In this document: positions 45,106 through 54,874 of the stretch, in pieces
Position numbering within the stretch: the first letter of the stretch is position 1
How the letters are laid out: every line of letters begins with the position of its first letter
NCBI GenBank assembly: GCA_051008935.1
Contig: JBPCXB010000211.1
Coordinates: 8,503 to 72,502, forward strand
Direction: 5' to 3'
From: Gammaproteobacteria bacterium
Lineage (GTDB): Bacteria > Pseudomonadota > Gammaproteobacteria > JBPCXB01
Length of the DNA stretch: 64,000 nucleotides
Position numbers and translations under genes: made by a program
The notes under the pieces: generated by a model
What the model was told of the DNA's origin: nothing
The model's database searches: none
What the model saw: the letters and a program-made list of their open reading frames with translations, nothing else

Positions 45106-45771
45106 ATGCCTCAGCAACGCCCCGTTATATCAGCTTCTCTGCTATCGGCAGACTTTGCGCGTCTGGGAGAAGAGACTCAGTCGGTTCTAGATGCTGGTGC
45201 GGATTGGATTCATTTGGACATCATGGATAACCATTACGTCCCTAATCTTACTTTTGGCCCTCAGGTCTGCAAAGCTCTAGCCTCTTCTTCGGTTTTTCTC
45301 GATGTGCATCTCATGGTCAGCCCAGTCGATGCGCTTGTCGAACAATTTGCCGAAGCAGGTGCGGGTCTCATCAGTTTTCATCCAGAGGCCAGCACGCATC
45401 CTATGCGTACTCTCATGCGGATTCGAGCGCTGGGCGTGCAGGCGGGTCTAGTACTCAATCCCGCTACTTCGCTTCATTGGTTGGATGACTGTATGTCCGA
45501 CCTGGATTTGGTGCTGTTAATGTCTGTGAACCCGGGTTTCCCAAATCAGCGTTTCATTCCTTCTACTCTCGATAAAGTTGCGCGTTTAAGGCATTTGATC
45601 GATGCCAGTGGTTGCTCGATTCGTTTGCAAGTAGATGGCGGTGTCAAAGCAGATAATATCGGCAGTATTGCGCATCGGGGAGCGGATACTTTTGTGGTTG
45701 GTTCGGGGATTTTTGCGCAGACCAATCGACGGTCTGCTGTTACCGCACTGCACGCCGCTCTAGAACAATAG
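45106..45771 (+). CDS. rpe: ribulose-phosphate 3-epimerase
   Basis: ISASLLSADFARLGEE, HLDIMDNHYVPN and MSVNPGF are present. The ATG at 45106 is preferred over the tracked start at 45085. Confidence 0.92.
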   Translation: MPQQRPVISASLLSADFARLGEETQSVLDAGADWIHLDIMDNHYVPNLTFGPQVCKALASSSVFLDVHLMVSPVDALVEQFAEAGAGLISFHPEASTHPMRTLMRIRALGVQAGLVLNPATSLHWLDDCMSDLDLVLLMSVNPGFPNQRFIPSTLDKVARLRHLIDASGCSIRLQVDGGVKADNIGSIAHRGADTFVVGSGIFAQTNRRSAVTALHAALEQ

Positions 45772-45773
45772 CT

Positions 45774-46277
45774 ATGGCAGTAGGGAAATGGGTATTCAGC
45801 CCCCGGGTACGTATGAGGTTACGTATAAGGTTACGTATGGGGTTGCTTATTGGGCTTATAGGTTTGAGCGCCATAGCCTATGCCCAGAATGACGTTGGGC
45901 AGGAAGCCGAGTTGCACTGGCGTACAGTGCCGTTGCGCATAGGTCACCAGACAATTAGTGTAGAAGTGGCCGATACTCAGAGCTTGCGCCAGAGAGGTTT
46001 GATGTATCGCACTAGTCTGGCGGCCGGCACAGGTATGCTGTTTATTTTTCCTCAAGACTATAACCGGCGGCTGTGCTTTTGGATGCGCAATACTTATGTT
46101 CCGCTTGATATTGCTTTTATACGCGATGATGGGCGTATTGTGCAGGTGGAATCAATGGCCCCTCGATCTGATCAGCAGCACTGTTCGCGCCGAGTTCTTA
46201 CTTATGCACTGGAGTTGCCTTGGGGCTGGCTGGCCTCAGAAGGGCTGGGCGTTGGAGACTTCGTCAGAGGGCTTTAG
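45774..46277 (+). CDS. DUF192-domain protein (secreted)
   Basis: RQRGLMYRTSLAAGTGMLFIF...CFWMRNTYVPLDIAFIRDDGRIV is present. The Arg/hydrophobic N-terminus followed by AYA resembles a signal peptide. Confidence 0.75.
   Translation: MAVGKWVFSPRVRMRLRIRLRMGLLIGLIGLSAIAYAQNDVGQEAELHWRTVPLRIGHQTISVEVADTQSLRQRGLMYRTSLAAGTGMLFIFPQDYNRRLCFWMRNTYVPLDIAFIRDDGRIVQVESMAPRSDQQHCSRRVLTYALELPWGWLASEGLGVGDFVRGL
45806..45865 (+). repeat. five degenerate 12-bp tandem units in the DUF192 gene 5' end
   Basis: The units are GGTACGTATGAG GTTACGTATAAG GTTACGTATGGG GTTGCTTATTGG GCTTATAGGTTT. They encode VRMRLRIRLRMGLLIGLIGL. Confidence 0.75.
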
Positions 46278-46321
46278 CACCATTTTGCGACTCACTATAA
46301 TGACTCAACATTCTGGCTAGA

Positions 46322-47665
46322 ATGGGCTCCATTCGGTTTTTTGATACGGCAAGGTTTGATAGTATGACACAACAACAATCTAGCGCTTCTATTGGTGGTA
46401 CTGGGGCTGGCGCGGGGAAATATTTCCTGCTTGGGTTTCTGGTGATCCTTAATATTCTGAATTTTGTGGATCGTCAGCTCATTGCCAGTTTTGCCAATGA
46501 TATTGTCGAAGACCTGAGCTTGAGTAATACCCAGTTTGCTCTGATCACCGGCTTTGCCTTCACCGTGTTTTATTCTGTGGCTGGGCTGCTAGTGGGTTCG
46601 TTGGTCGATACCGGCAACCGTCCTAAACTTTTGGCCTTAGGGCTGTTTTTCTGGAGCTTTTTCACTGCCCTGACAGGTGCGGCTCGCAGTTTTGTAGAAA
46701 TGGCGTTGCCTAGAATGGTGATAGGAGTGGGTGAATCGATCCAGACGCCGTCCAGTATTTCCATGCTGTCGGAGCGGTTTGCTCAGAATCAAATGGCTTT
46801 TGCATCTGGTATCTACTATACAGGCGTGCCGATAGGGGTAGGCATCAGCCTGTTGATTGTCGGCCTGTTAGGGCCGGAGATTGGTTGGCGCAATTGCTTC
46901 TATTTGATGGGAGTGATCGGCTTGTGTATGGTTGGGATTCTGCTATTGATCCGGGAAACGCCCGATCGAATAGAGCAGATTGCCGCGCGCAAAGCCAGCG
47001 CTGAATCCAGATGGACTGAAATCAAGAAGTTGGCTGGTGATCTGCGTGTAGAGCTGGTGGCCAACCCTGCTTTGCTATTGACGATTGCCGGTGGAGTGGT
47101 GTTGCACTTTGTGTTAGGGGCTGCTGTATTTGACCAACTGTGGCTCGTTCAAGAACTGGGCTTTGATCGCAGTTGGATTGCCTTGCGTACCGGTTTGATA
47201 TTTTTGGTCGCAGGCTCATTAGGTAATATTTTCGGCGGGCTTTGTAGTGATTGGGTGTTGAAGCATACGCGATTCACCCGTCCGCTTTTTTTGGCCGCTC
47301 TGATGTTGGCATTGGCTCCCATAACCGTTTTTTATCGGTTGGCGGGTCCAGAAGACTGGTTGCTGTGGGTGGGCATCAGCTGTGCGGCCTTCACTCTAGG
47401 TGCGTTTTATGGCCCCACTTTTGCTACCGTGCAGGAGTTGGCGCCGCGTCAGTCCCGAGGTACGGCTATTGCGCTTTATATCTTGTTGCTCAATTTAGTC
47501 GGACTGGGCCTAGGTGGTTTGATGTGCGGTATATCCATTGATGTCATGCAATCTTTGCATGTGGCCAAACCCTATACTTGGACTTTGTTCTGGCTCAATG
47601 GCCTGTCGACCTTGTGTATTCCTTTGTTTTATTGGGCGCATAAGTCTTACGGCATGAAGAAATAA
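46322..47665 (+). CDS. MFS transporter
   Basis: About 12 TM helices are present, with an MFS motif-A-like LVDTGNRPKLL between TM2 and TM3. Confidence 0.8.
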   Translation: MGSIRFFDTARFDSMTQQQSSASIGGTGAGAGKYFLLGFLVILNILNFVDRQLIASFANDIVEDLSLSNTQFALITGFAFTVFYSVAGLLVGSLVDTGNRPKLLALGLFFWSFFTALTGAARSFVEMALPRMVIGVGESIQTPSSISMLSERFAQNQMAFASGIYYTGVPIGVGISLLIVGLLGPEIGWRNCFYLMGVIGLCMVGILLLIRETPDRIEQIAARKASAESRWTEIKKLAGDLRVELVANPALLLTIAGGVVLHFVLGAAVFDQLWLVQELGFDRSWIALRTGLIFLVAGSLGNIFGGLCSDWVLKHTRFTRPLFLAALMLALAPITVFYRLAGPEDWLLWVGISCAAFTLGAFYGPTFATVQELAPRQSRGTAIALYILLLNLVGLGLGGLMCGISIDVMQSLHVAKPYTWTLFWLNGLSTLCIPLFYWAHKSYGMKK

Positions 47666-47679
47666 GGTTGAAATAAAAC

Positions 47680-48432
47680 ATGGGTATGGAGCGGATTTTG
47701 AATGTTGTAAACGCAGGACTTCGCTCTTTGCGCAGGTGGTTTCGATTACACCCTTACTGGATGATCTGGGGTGGCGTCGGCTTGGTGTATCTGGTGTTCT
47801 GGAGTTGGTATACGGGACTTTCGCCTCGTTTGAATGAACAGGAGATCCGGGCTTATATGCAGCAAATGCAGCAAGCTAACTACAATCAGCAGGCTCTAGA
47901 TCGGCTGGAACAGTTTATGCGTACTGATGATGGGGGGGATTTTATTATCGTCAATAATTTGCACGATCGGGATCCTGACTTTATTGCGGCTAATGGCATG
48001 ACAGCTGAGCAAGCTGGTCAAGAGTACATAGACTATATGCTTGGCGAAATCACATCAAGAGGTGGGGCGCCTCTGTTTCTGGCGGAGGTTCTAGGCCCCA
48101 CTTTTGATCGCGCCGGCCTCAAGCAAATGGTCGCAGGGTACAGTACAGTGACAGAACCGGAATCTGAGCTGGATCAGGACCTGGACTTGTGGACCAGTGT
48201 TGCTTTGATGCGCTATCGTAGCCGTAGGGACATGATGGATATATTGATTCAGCCGGGTTTTGCTGAACAGTATCCCAACAAAGGAGCCAGCCTAGTGAAA
48301 ACGCTGGCAATACCCGTGCGCCCCGTCGCCAATCTGGCAGATTTGCGCTTGCATGTCGCAGCTTTTCTGATTATTGTAGGGCTTTTGCTACAGCTGCTAG
48401 TGGTCCATCGAAGGTTAGCTGGCACAGCCTGA
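47680..48432 (+). CDS. hypothetical protein with N- and C-terminal TM helices
   Basis: The TM helices are WMIWGGVGLVYLVFWSW and VAAFLIIVGLLLQLLVV. They flank a soluble domain of about 170 aa. I recognise no family. Confidence 0.45.
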   Translation: MGMERILNVVNAGLRSLRRWFRLHPYWMIWGGVGLVYLVFWSWYTGLSPRLNEQEIRAYMQQMQQANYNQQALDRLEQFMRTDDGGDFIIVNNLHDRDPDFIAANGMTAEQAGQEYIDYMLGEITSRGGAPLFLAEVLGPTFDRAGLKQMVAGYSTVTEPESELDQDLDLWTSVALMRYRSRRDMMDILIQPGFAEQYPNKGASLVKTLAIPVRPVANLADLRLHVAAFLIIVGLLLQLLVVHRRLAGTA

Positions 48433-48438
48433 TTGCAG

Positions 48439-49212
48439 TTAGAGCCCCGATTGGGGCAGTTGTTGCAGATCATGGAGACCGTACAATTTTCCTGCAGGTT
48501 GCTGCATCAGCCAGGTTGCTGCCTCCAGCGCTCCATGAGCAAAGACAGATCGAGAAGTGATGCGGTGTTCAATATGGATTTCTTCGTTCTCGGAAAGCTT
48601 GCACTCGATGCGATGTACGCCGGCAAACTCGGGTTGTCGGATCGATTTAATAGCATTTGTAGGTAGGTTCAACTGCTCAGCCAGAGCCAGAGCAGTGCCG
48701 GAAGGAGCATCTTTTTTCCCTATCTGGTGTGTTTCGCTCATGGATAACCGTGCATGAAAAGCGCGGGATGCATCTACCAGAGCGGCGGCATGTTTCAGTA
48801 GCAGGGCCATGCCCAGGCTGAAATTGGCTGCAAATAATACCGGCACCTGCAGTGCGGCTTGTTCCATGCGTTTGAATTGGAGCTTGGAAAGGCCTGTCGT
48901 TCCGATGATGGCCGGTTTTCCTTGTGCCAACGCTGCGTCTAGGCTGCTGAGATTTGAGGCCGGCAGGCTGAAATCTATCAAAAAATCCCAATCGTTGGGT
49001 GGTCCTTCGGAGAGTTTGGTGCCCGTTTCAGGCAAGTTGCACAGCAGGCCGAGGTCCTTTCCTATCCAAGGGCTGGCAGAGGAAGCAGTGCCACCTGCCA
49101 GTTGCATATCGGGTCGAGCAAGAACTGCTTGAATCAGTTCTTTGCCGATATGGCCTGTAGCTCCCCAGATCAGAGCTCGGGTGGTAGCATGCCCGGTGTC
49201 AGGGGCCGTCAC
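48439..49212 (-). CDS. dapB: 4-hydroxy-tetrahydrodipicolinate reductase
   Basis: The NAD motif WGATGHIGKE and the patterns GTTG and ETHQIGKKDAPSGTA are present. The GTG at 49212, just after the dnaJ stop, is preferred; the tracked ORF overlaps dnaJ up to 49296. Confidence 0.85.
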   Translation of the reverse strand: MTAPDTGHATTRALIWGATGHIGKELIQAVLARPDMQLAGGTASSASPWIGKDLGLLCNLPETGTKLSEGPPNDWDFLIDFSLPASNLSSLDAALAQGKPAIIGTTGLSKLQFKRMEQAALQVPVLFAANFSLGMALLLKHAAALVDASRAFHARLSMSETHQIGKKDAPSGTALALAEQLNLPTNAIKSIRQPEFAGVHRIECKLSENEEIHIEHRITSRSVFAHGALEAATWLMQQPAGKLYGLHDLQQLPQSGL

Positions 49213-49216
49213 GGTT

Positions 49217-50314
49217 TCAGGCAATTTGCTTGAAGAATTCGCTGATGCGTTCGTGCCATTTTCGGTTTCTTTTGTTTTCCGGCAGCGACTGGTCAAAGTC
49301 TTTCAGCAGTTGCTTTTGCTCTTTGTTTAGATTCTCAGGGGTTTGCACTTGAATCCGACACAACAGGTCACCCCTCGGTCTTCCACCCAAGCTGGGTGCG
49401 CCGTGTCCAGCAATGCGCAAAACCTGCCCGGATTGCAGGCCCGGCGGAATCGTGAGCATAAACGAATTGCTGGGTGCTTTAATTTTGATTTTGTCGCCCA
49501 GAGTGACTTGAGCGAATGTGAGCGGGATATCTGTGATGAGATCGTTGTCTTCACGCACAAATAAGGGATGCTCCTTGACCTTGATGCGTATGTAGAGATC
49601 GCCGTCGGGGCCGCCACGCAGCCCTTTTCCTCCTTGCTGAGTCAGCCGGAGTGATTGGCCGTAGGCGATGCCTGCAGGGATATTGACTTCCAGTTTACGT
49701 TTTTTCTGCCGGACGCCTCTGCCGCCACAGGTTTTGCAGGGGTTTTTGAAGGTTTGCCCGCTTCCTCCGCATCTGCGACAGGTCTGTGACATGAAGAACA
49801 GGCCTTTGCTGACACGAGTTTGCCCTTGCCCATCGCAATGGCTGCAGTCTTCAGGGCCACCGTCTTTCTCGTGCCCCTTGCCCCCACAATTGGTGCATGT
49901 ATCCGTTGCTGGGAATTGAATGTTCTTTTTAGCGCCGCTCAGGGCTTCTTCCAGTGAAATTTCCAGCACGTACTCCATGTCGTCGCCGGCAACAGGGCTG
50001 TTGTGGCGGTTTTGACGACCGGAATGTTGAAAAGCACTGCCAAACTGGCTGAATAGGTCACTAAACACATCTGAGAAATCGCCGCTGAAGCCGCCATCGT
50101 TGCGAAAGCCCCCCATGTCGTATTGTTGCTTTTTCTGCGGGTCGGACAGAATGGCATAGGCTTCGCTGATCTTTTTAAATCGATCGGCTGCTTCCTCATT
50201 GTCGGGGTTGCGATCCGGGTGAAATTTCATAGCCAGTTTGCGATACGCACTTCTGATCTCAGCAGCGCTGGCTTCTCTAGATACACCTAGCTCCTGATAA
50301 AAGTCACTGCTCAC
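49217..50314 (-). CDS. dnaJ: molecular chaperone DnaJ
   Basis: The J domain carries HPD (KFHPDRNP). A Gly/Phe region and four CxxCxGxG zinc motifs follow. Confidence 0.95.
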   Translation of the reverse strand: MSSDFYQELGVSREASAAEIRSAYRKLAMKFHPDRNPDNEEAADRFKKISEAYAILSDPQKKQQYDMGGFRNDGGFSGDFSDVFSDLFSQFGSAFQHSGRQNRHNSPVAGDDMEYVLEISLEEALSGAKKNIQFPATDTCTNCGGKGHEKDGGPEDCSHCDGQGQTRVSKGLFFMSQTCRRCGGSGQTFKNPCKTCGGRGVRQKKRKLEVNIPAGIAYGQSLRLTQQGGKGLRGGPDGDLYIRIKVKEHPLFVREDNDLITDIPLTFAQVTLGDKIKIKAPSNSFMLTIPPGLQSGQVLRIAGHGAPSLGGRPRGDLLCRIQVQTPENLNKEQKQLLKDFDQSLPENKRNRKWHERISEFFKQIA

Positions 50315-50356
50315 TGGTCATTCTCTGCTTATCAAGTCAGAAGGTTCGGCTACTTG

Positions 50357-52273
50357 CTACTTGTCCTTGGGTGGTTCGACGTTGTCGTCTACCTGTTGAA
50401 ATTCCGCATCGACGGTATCTTTGTCGTTATCGTCTGGCTTTTCAGCTGCGCTTTCTTGCTCCATTTTTTCGGCTTCGCGTTTGGCGATCGGTTCAGCTGC
50501 CTGAGTCAGTTCTTCAGTTGCCTTGCTAATGGCTTCTGGGTCATCGCCCTTGCAGGCTTCTTCGACTTTCGTTGCTGCCTCTTCAATCGCTTTGTTTTCT
50601 TCTTCGCTCACTTGATCGCCTTGCTCTTGCGTCATTTTACGAATCGAATGGACAATGGATTCCGCTGCATTACGTGCAGTAACAAGCTTTTCGAATTGCC
50701 GGTCCTCCTCGGCATAGGCTTCTGCATCTTTAATCATGCGTTGGATTTCATCTTCGTCAAGGCCGCTGGAATTGCGTACTTCTATGGACTGTTCCTTACC
50801 AGTTCCTTTGTCTTTAGCCGATACGTTGAGGATGCCATTGGCGTCTATGTCGAAAGCAATTTCAATCTGAGGCATGCCCCGAGGTGCGGGATCAATACCA
50901 CTCAGATTGAATTGGCCCAGAGATTTGTTGTCTCCTGCCTTTTTGCGTTCCCCCTGAAGGATATGTACAGTGACTTCCGGCTGGTTGTCCTGAGCGGTTG
51001 AGAAGGTCTGGCTGCGTTGGGTCGGAATAGTGGTGTTGCGCTCAATAACGGCTTGCATGACGCCGCCTTCGGTTTCAACTCCCAGAGTCAAGGGCGTGAC
51101 ATCCAACAACAGTACGTCGGAGCGGTCTCCAGACAGCACAGCACCCTGCAGAGCGGCTCCCAGAGCAACTGCTTCATCTGGGTTGACGTCTTTGCGCAGT
51201 TCTTTACCAAAAAAGTTTGTTACCGCTTCCTGTACTTTAGGCATGCGCGTCTGCCCGCCGACTAGAATGCATTCATCGATTTCTTTGGGGCTCAGCTTTG
51301 CATCTTTCAGCGCTCGGCGCATGGGCTCTATAGAACGTTCGATCAGGTCTTCTACCATTGATTCCAGTCGAGCACGTGTTATTTGTATAGACAAGTGCTT
51401 CGGTCCGGAATTGTCGGCGGTAATATAGGGCAGGTTGATGTCGGTTTGCTGGTTGCTGGAGAGCTCAACTTTGGCTTTTTCGGCTGCTTCTTTGAGGCGT
51501 TGCAAGGCCAGCGGGTCTTGGCTTAGATCGACGCCCTGGTCTTTTTTGAATTCCGAGGTGAGGTATTCAATGATTCTGTGGTCAAAGTCTTCACCGCCCA
51601 AAGCAGTGTCGCCATTGGTGGCCAACACCTCGAATTGGTATTCGCCCTCTACTTGACTCATTTCGATGATCGAGATGTCAAAGGTGCCCCCGCCCATGTC
51701 ATAGACTGCAATGCGCATATCTTTTGCCCCTGTGTCCAGGCCAAATGCCAGCGCTGCAGCTGTGGGTTCGTTGATGATACGCTTTACGTCGAGGCCGGCG
51801 ATACGCCCTGCATCTTTCGTGGCCTGACGCTGCGAATCGTTGAAATAGGCCGGTACTGTAATAACGGCTTCTTTAACTTCGTGTCCCAGAAAATCTTCGG
51901 CTGATTTCTTCAGCTTCATGAGAAGTTGTGCGGATACTTCCGGGGCTGGTATTTTTTTGTCTTCGACTTCTATCCAAGCATCACCGTTAGGTGCTTCTAC
52001 AACCTTATAGGGCAGATGTTTGATGAATTTTTGTAAGGTAGGATCGCTGAATTTCCGCCCGATTAGCCGCTTGGCTGCCAGTATGGTATTCTGCGGGTTG
52101 GTGATGGCCTGGCGTTTGGCTGGTTGTCCAACCAGAATTTCATTGTTTTTCCATGCAACAACAGAGGGAGTGGTACGGGCACCTTCGTTGTTTTCGATGA
52201 TGCGAGCTGTGCCTCCTTGAGAGACAGATACGCACGAATTGGTGGTGCCTAAATCAATGCCGATGATACTCAT
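50357..52273 (-). CDS. dnaK: molecular chaperone DnaK (Hsp70)
   Basis: [23 protein letters not shown] and [11 protein letters not shown] are present. Confidence 0.97.
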   Translation of the reverse strand: MSIIGIDLGTTNSCVSVSQGGTARIIENNEGARTTPSVVAWKNNEILVGQPAKRQAITNPQNTILAAKRLIGRKFSDPTLQKFIKHLPYKVVEAPNGDAWIEVEDKKIPAPEVSAQLLMKLKKSAEDFLGHEVKEAVITVPAYFNDSQRQATKDAGRIAGLDVKRIINEPTAAALAFGLDTGAKDMRIAVYDMGGGTFDISIIEMSQVEGEYQFEVLATNGDTALGGEDFDHRIIEYLTSEFKKDQGVDLSQDPLALQRLKEAAEKAKVELSSNQQTDINLPYITADNSGPKHLSIQITRARLESMVEDLIERSIEPMRRALKDAKLSPKEIDECILVGGQTRMPKVQEAVTNFFGKELRKDVNPDEAVALGAALQGAVLSGDRSDVLLLDVTPLTLGVETEGGVMQAVIERNTTIPTQRSQTFSTAQDNQPEVTVHILQGERKKAGDNKSLGQFNLSGIDPAPRGMPQIEIAFDIDANGILNVSAKDKGTGKEQSIEVRNSSGLDEDEIQRMIKDAEAYAEEDRQFEKLVTARNAAESIVHSIRKMTQEQGDQVSEEENKAIEEAATKVEEACKGDDPEAISKATEELTQAAEPIAKREAEKMEQESAAEKPDDNDKDTVDAEFQQVDDNVEPPKDK

Positions 52274-52402
52274 GATATATAGCTCCGGTAGTATTTATTG
52301 ATAGGGTTTGCATGCAGGTTGTGTCGGATATGAACAGTTATGCACATGGCGACAGCCTACATGTTGTTTATTGGGATTCTTGCGCGTTAATACAATAGGG
52401 TG

Positions 52403-53008
52403 TTACTTCGCATCTCCTGCGATGACAACCATTGCCGGTCTTAGAGTGCGGTCGGCTAATGTCCAGCCTTTTTGAAGTACTTCAAGCACGAGTTGCTGTT
52501 CAATCTGTAGCTGACGGTCGCTACTTTCAAGGGGTAGTCTCACGGAAGCTGCTTGGTGGCGCTCCGGGTCGAATGGTTCTCCCAGAGGGTCTATTGGCGT
52601 AGCGTTAGATGCTTTCATAACGCCAGATAGTTCGTCTAAAGTCATTTGAACTCCTGAAGCCAGAGCCTGTATGGCATCGGGGGCGCTGATGTCGGTTATT
52701 TCAAAAGCCTGAATGGCCTTTTCTAGCGCATCCATGACCGGCAACAGAGAATGCAGCAGTGTTTCGACGCCATAACGGCGTATTTTTTGCAGGTCTTGAG
52801 CGGCGATGCGTTGTATATTTTGTTGGGCTGCTTGTGCCCTGAGTAACTGCTCTTCCAGATCCTGAACTCTGGCTTCAAGTTTGGCTTGGGCGCTTTCAGT
52901 TTCAGGCGTTGAGGCTGTGCTCTGATCCACATTCCGGTTATCAGATTTGAGTGAATCTGCCTCTGCCTGAGGGCTTGAGGTTGTCTTGGCAGGGTCCGTT
53001 TCGTGCAT
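52403..53008 (-). CDS. grpE: nucleotide exchange factor GrpE
   Basis: The GrpE C-terminal pattern (ALEKA..., HQA, VLQKGW) is present. The start is set to the ATG at 53008 because the tracked TTG start (53077) is itself the -35 element of a sigma-32 promoter. Confidence 0.85.
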   Translation of the reverse strand: MHETDPAKTTSSPQAEADSLKSDNRNVDQSTASTPETESAQAKLEARVQDLEEQLLRAQAAQQNIQRIAAQDLQKIRRYGVETLLHSLLPVMDALEKAIQAFEITDISAPDAIQALASGVQMTLDELSGVMKASNATPIDPLGEPFDPERHQAASVRLPLESSDRQLQIEQQLVLEVLQKGWTLADRTLRPAMVVIAGDAK

Positions 53009-53048
53009 GGTGGTCTGAGAGAATTCAGCGTCTGTGGTTTCAGTGTCT

Positions 53049-53078
53049 AAAATGGGGGTAGCTACTGGTAAATTCAAG
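53049..53078 (-). promoter_or_regulatory. sigma-32 (heat-shock) promoter for grpE-dnaK-dnaJ
   Basis: The minus strand reads aaaCTTGAAtttaccagtagctaCCCCCATTTTAg. This compares with the consensus CTTGAA-N13-15-CCCCATNT. It lies 35-70 nt upstream of the ATG at 53008. Confidence 0.7.
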
Positions 53079-53091
53079 TTTCAGGGGCTTT

Positions 53092-54780
53092 ATGCTTGAA
53101 AGACTGATCATACAGAATTTCAAACTGGTTGAAGAAGTCGATCTTGATCTGGGTAATGGCCTTGCGGTGATTACGGGTGAAACAGGGGCTGGCAAATCCT
53201 CGCTGATTCAAGCGCTGGCACTGGCAGTAGGCGGCCGCGTCAGTGACAAGCCGTTGCGTCCCGGCTGCTCTAAAGGCGAAGTGCAGTGCTGGTTCAATCT
53301 GGCAGATTGTTCTGAAGCTGTTGACTGGCTTCAGGCCCGCGATCTTTGCAACGAAGACCGAAATAGATGCGTTTTGCGGCGGACTTTTACTGAAGATGGC
53401 CGTAGCCGCGCGCATATCAATGGTAGTGCTTGTCTAATAGGCGAATTGGCGGATCTTGGTGCGCTTCTGGTGGATCTCATTGCACAAAACCAGCACCATT
53501 CTTTACTGCAGTTATCGGCTCAACAGCAGCTGCTGGATAGCAGCTGGCAGAGTCAGCATATCCTATCTACTCTTGCAGATGGATATCAGAGCATCCACCA
53601 GCTACAGATGCAGCTGCAGCAGCTGGAGTCGCTGAATGCACAGGCAGATATGCGTTGTCAGTTTCTCAGCCAGCAGTTGGAGGCTCTGAGCAAGTTGGAA
53701 CTGGCCGAGGGTACCTTTGAGGAAATTGAAGCCGAATACCGACGGCTGGCTAGTTCGGGCGATCTTTTGGCGGGGTTGGATCAGGTTGAAATTTTCTTGC
53801 AGGGTGAACAGCAGTCAGCGAGCAGCCAATTGTCCAAGGCGATCCGCAAGCTGTCTGATTTGCAGGCGGTTGCTTCCGACCCTGATGGCGCTCTACGTAC
53901 TGTGCAGAGCAGCCTGGAAACAGCCTCTGTCTTGATTGACGAAGCTGCCGCTGATGTTCGGCGTTTAGCCTTTGGCAGTGATCAGAATCCAGAAAAACTT
54001 GCGCATCTGGAACATCGGATCGCTTCCTGTCATGAGCTGGCCAAGCGCCATGGTTGTGCGCCTGATGCCCTTTGGAAATTGACCGATGCCTTTCAAGAAG
54101 AATTGTTTGAACTGGAGAATGCCGAGGAACGGCTCGTGCAGCTGAAGAAGCAATTGGGCGCTGAACAGGAGGCTTGGAACCGGCAAGCGTTGCAAGTCAG
54201 CTCTGAGCGTAAGCAGGCTGCTACTCAGTTAGCTGAGAAGACCAATCAAGGGTTGGAACAGCTGGGCATGGGCGGGGCAGAATTTCGGATTGATCTGGAA
54301 CCTAGCAGTGCCTCTGCATTGGGTTTGGAGAGTGCAGTGTTCCGCTACAGTCCGGCCCGTTTAGTGCCTGCAGGCGCCATTGGCAAGATTGCCTCTGGCG
54401 GTGAATTGTCGCGCCTATATTTATGCCTCAGTCTGGCCAGTAGGGAGTTGCACGTTGCTAGCCGGAAGGGCCCCCCTGTACTCGTTCTCGATGAGGTAGA
54501 TATAGGCGTTGGCGGCGAAACCGCTCATCAGTTGGCAGCTTTAATACGTAGCCTGGGCGAAGAGAAGCAGGTATTTTGTGTCACGCATTTGCCGCAGATA
54601 GCTGCAGTAGGGCATCAGCATCTGTCGGTTACGCGCACGATGGATGACCATCCGGTTCTATCTGCCAGATTATTGGGGATGACGGAACGCACAGGTGAAG
54701 TTGCGCGTATGTTAGCTGGCGGTAGAGCAGGCAAAGAGTCGATGGACTTGGCTGAAAAGCTGATCCTTGCTGTTCGTTGA
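53092..54780 (+). CDS. recN: DNA repair protein RecN
   Basis: MLERLIIQNFKLVEEVDLDL, Walker A GETGAGKS, a long coiled coil, and the SMC-type signature ASGGELSRL plus LVLDEVD are present. Confidence 0.93.
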   Translation: MLERLIIQNFKLVEEVDLDLGNGLAVITGETGAGKSSLIQALALAVGGRVSDKPLRPGCSKGEVQCWFNLADCSEAVDWLQARDLCNEDRNRCVLRRTFTEDGRSRAHINGSACLIGELADLGALLVDLIAQNQHHSLLQLSAQQQLLDSSWQSQHILSTLADGYQSIHQLQMQLQQLESLNAQADMRCQFLSQQLEALSKLELAEGTFEEIEAEYRRLASSGDLLAGLDQVEIFLQGEQQSASSQLSKAIRKLSDLQAVASDPDGALRTVQSSLETASVLIDEAAADVRRLAFGSDQNPEKLAHLEHRIASCHELAKRHGCAPDALWKLTDAFQEELFELENAEERLVQLKKQLGAEQEAWNRQALQVSSERKQAATQLAEKTNQGLEQLGMGGAEFRIDLEPSSASALGLESAVFRYSPARLVPAGAIGKIASGGELSRLYLCLSLASRELHVASRKGPPVLVLDEVDIGVGGETAHQLAALIRSLGEEKQVFCVTHLPQIAAVGHQHLSVTRTMDDHPVLSARLLGMTERTGEVARMLAGGRAGKESMDLAEKLILAVR

Positions 54781-54811
54781 CCGGCTGGTAAAGAACTAAA
54801 ATTGGAGAGAT

Positions 54812-54871
54812 ATGTCGATCCTACCCAAGGCACCCTGCGCCTGTAGGTGCCTGTGTGCACAATGGAAATAA
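54812..54871 (+). CDS. candidate 19-codon Cys-rich leader ORF upstream of pyrB
   Basis: GGAGAG (54804-54809) is followed by ATG at 54812. The ORF encodes MSILPKAPCACRCLCAQWK and its stop (54869-54871) lies 3 nt before the pyrB TTG. An inverted repeat GGCACC(54829-54834)/GGTGCC(54846-54851) lies inside it. Confidence 0.3.
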   Translation: MSILPKAPCACRCLCAQWK

Positions 54872-54874
54872 GGT

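Noticed and set aside
44367-45117. Cluster of overlapping ORFs in four other frames across murU
   Set aside because: This locally GC-rich stretch is poor in stop codons. The only frame with a recognisable fold signature is the MurU frame.
50354-51001. 215-aa plus-strand ORF antisense to dnaK
   Set aside because: It is entirely embedded antisense in a highly conserved gene. Its sequence is low-complexity and Phe/Leu/Cys-rich. Long antisense frames are a known artefact of dnaK codon usage.
52274-52402. Separate sigma-32 promoter for dnaK in the grpE-dnaK spacer
   Set aside because: No CTTGAA element is present, and only weak CCCTAT-type matches occur with poor -35 partners. Co-transcription from the grpE promoter is more likely.
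53009-53091. LexA (SOS) box upstream of recN
   Set aside because: I looked for CTGT-N8-ACAG. Only CTGTGGTTTCAGTGTC and CTGGTAAATTCAAG occur, and neither fits the consensus spacing or half-sites.
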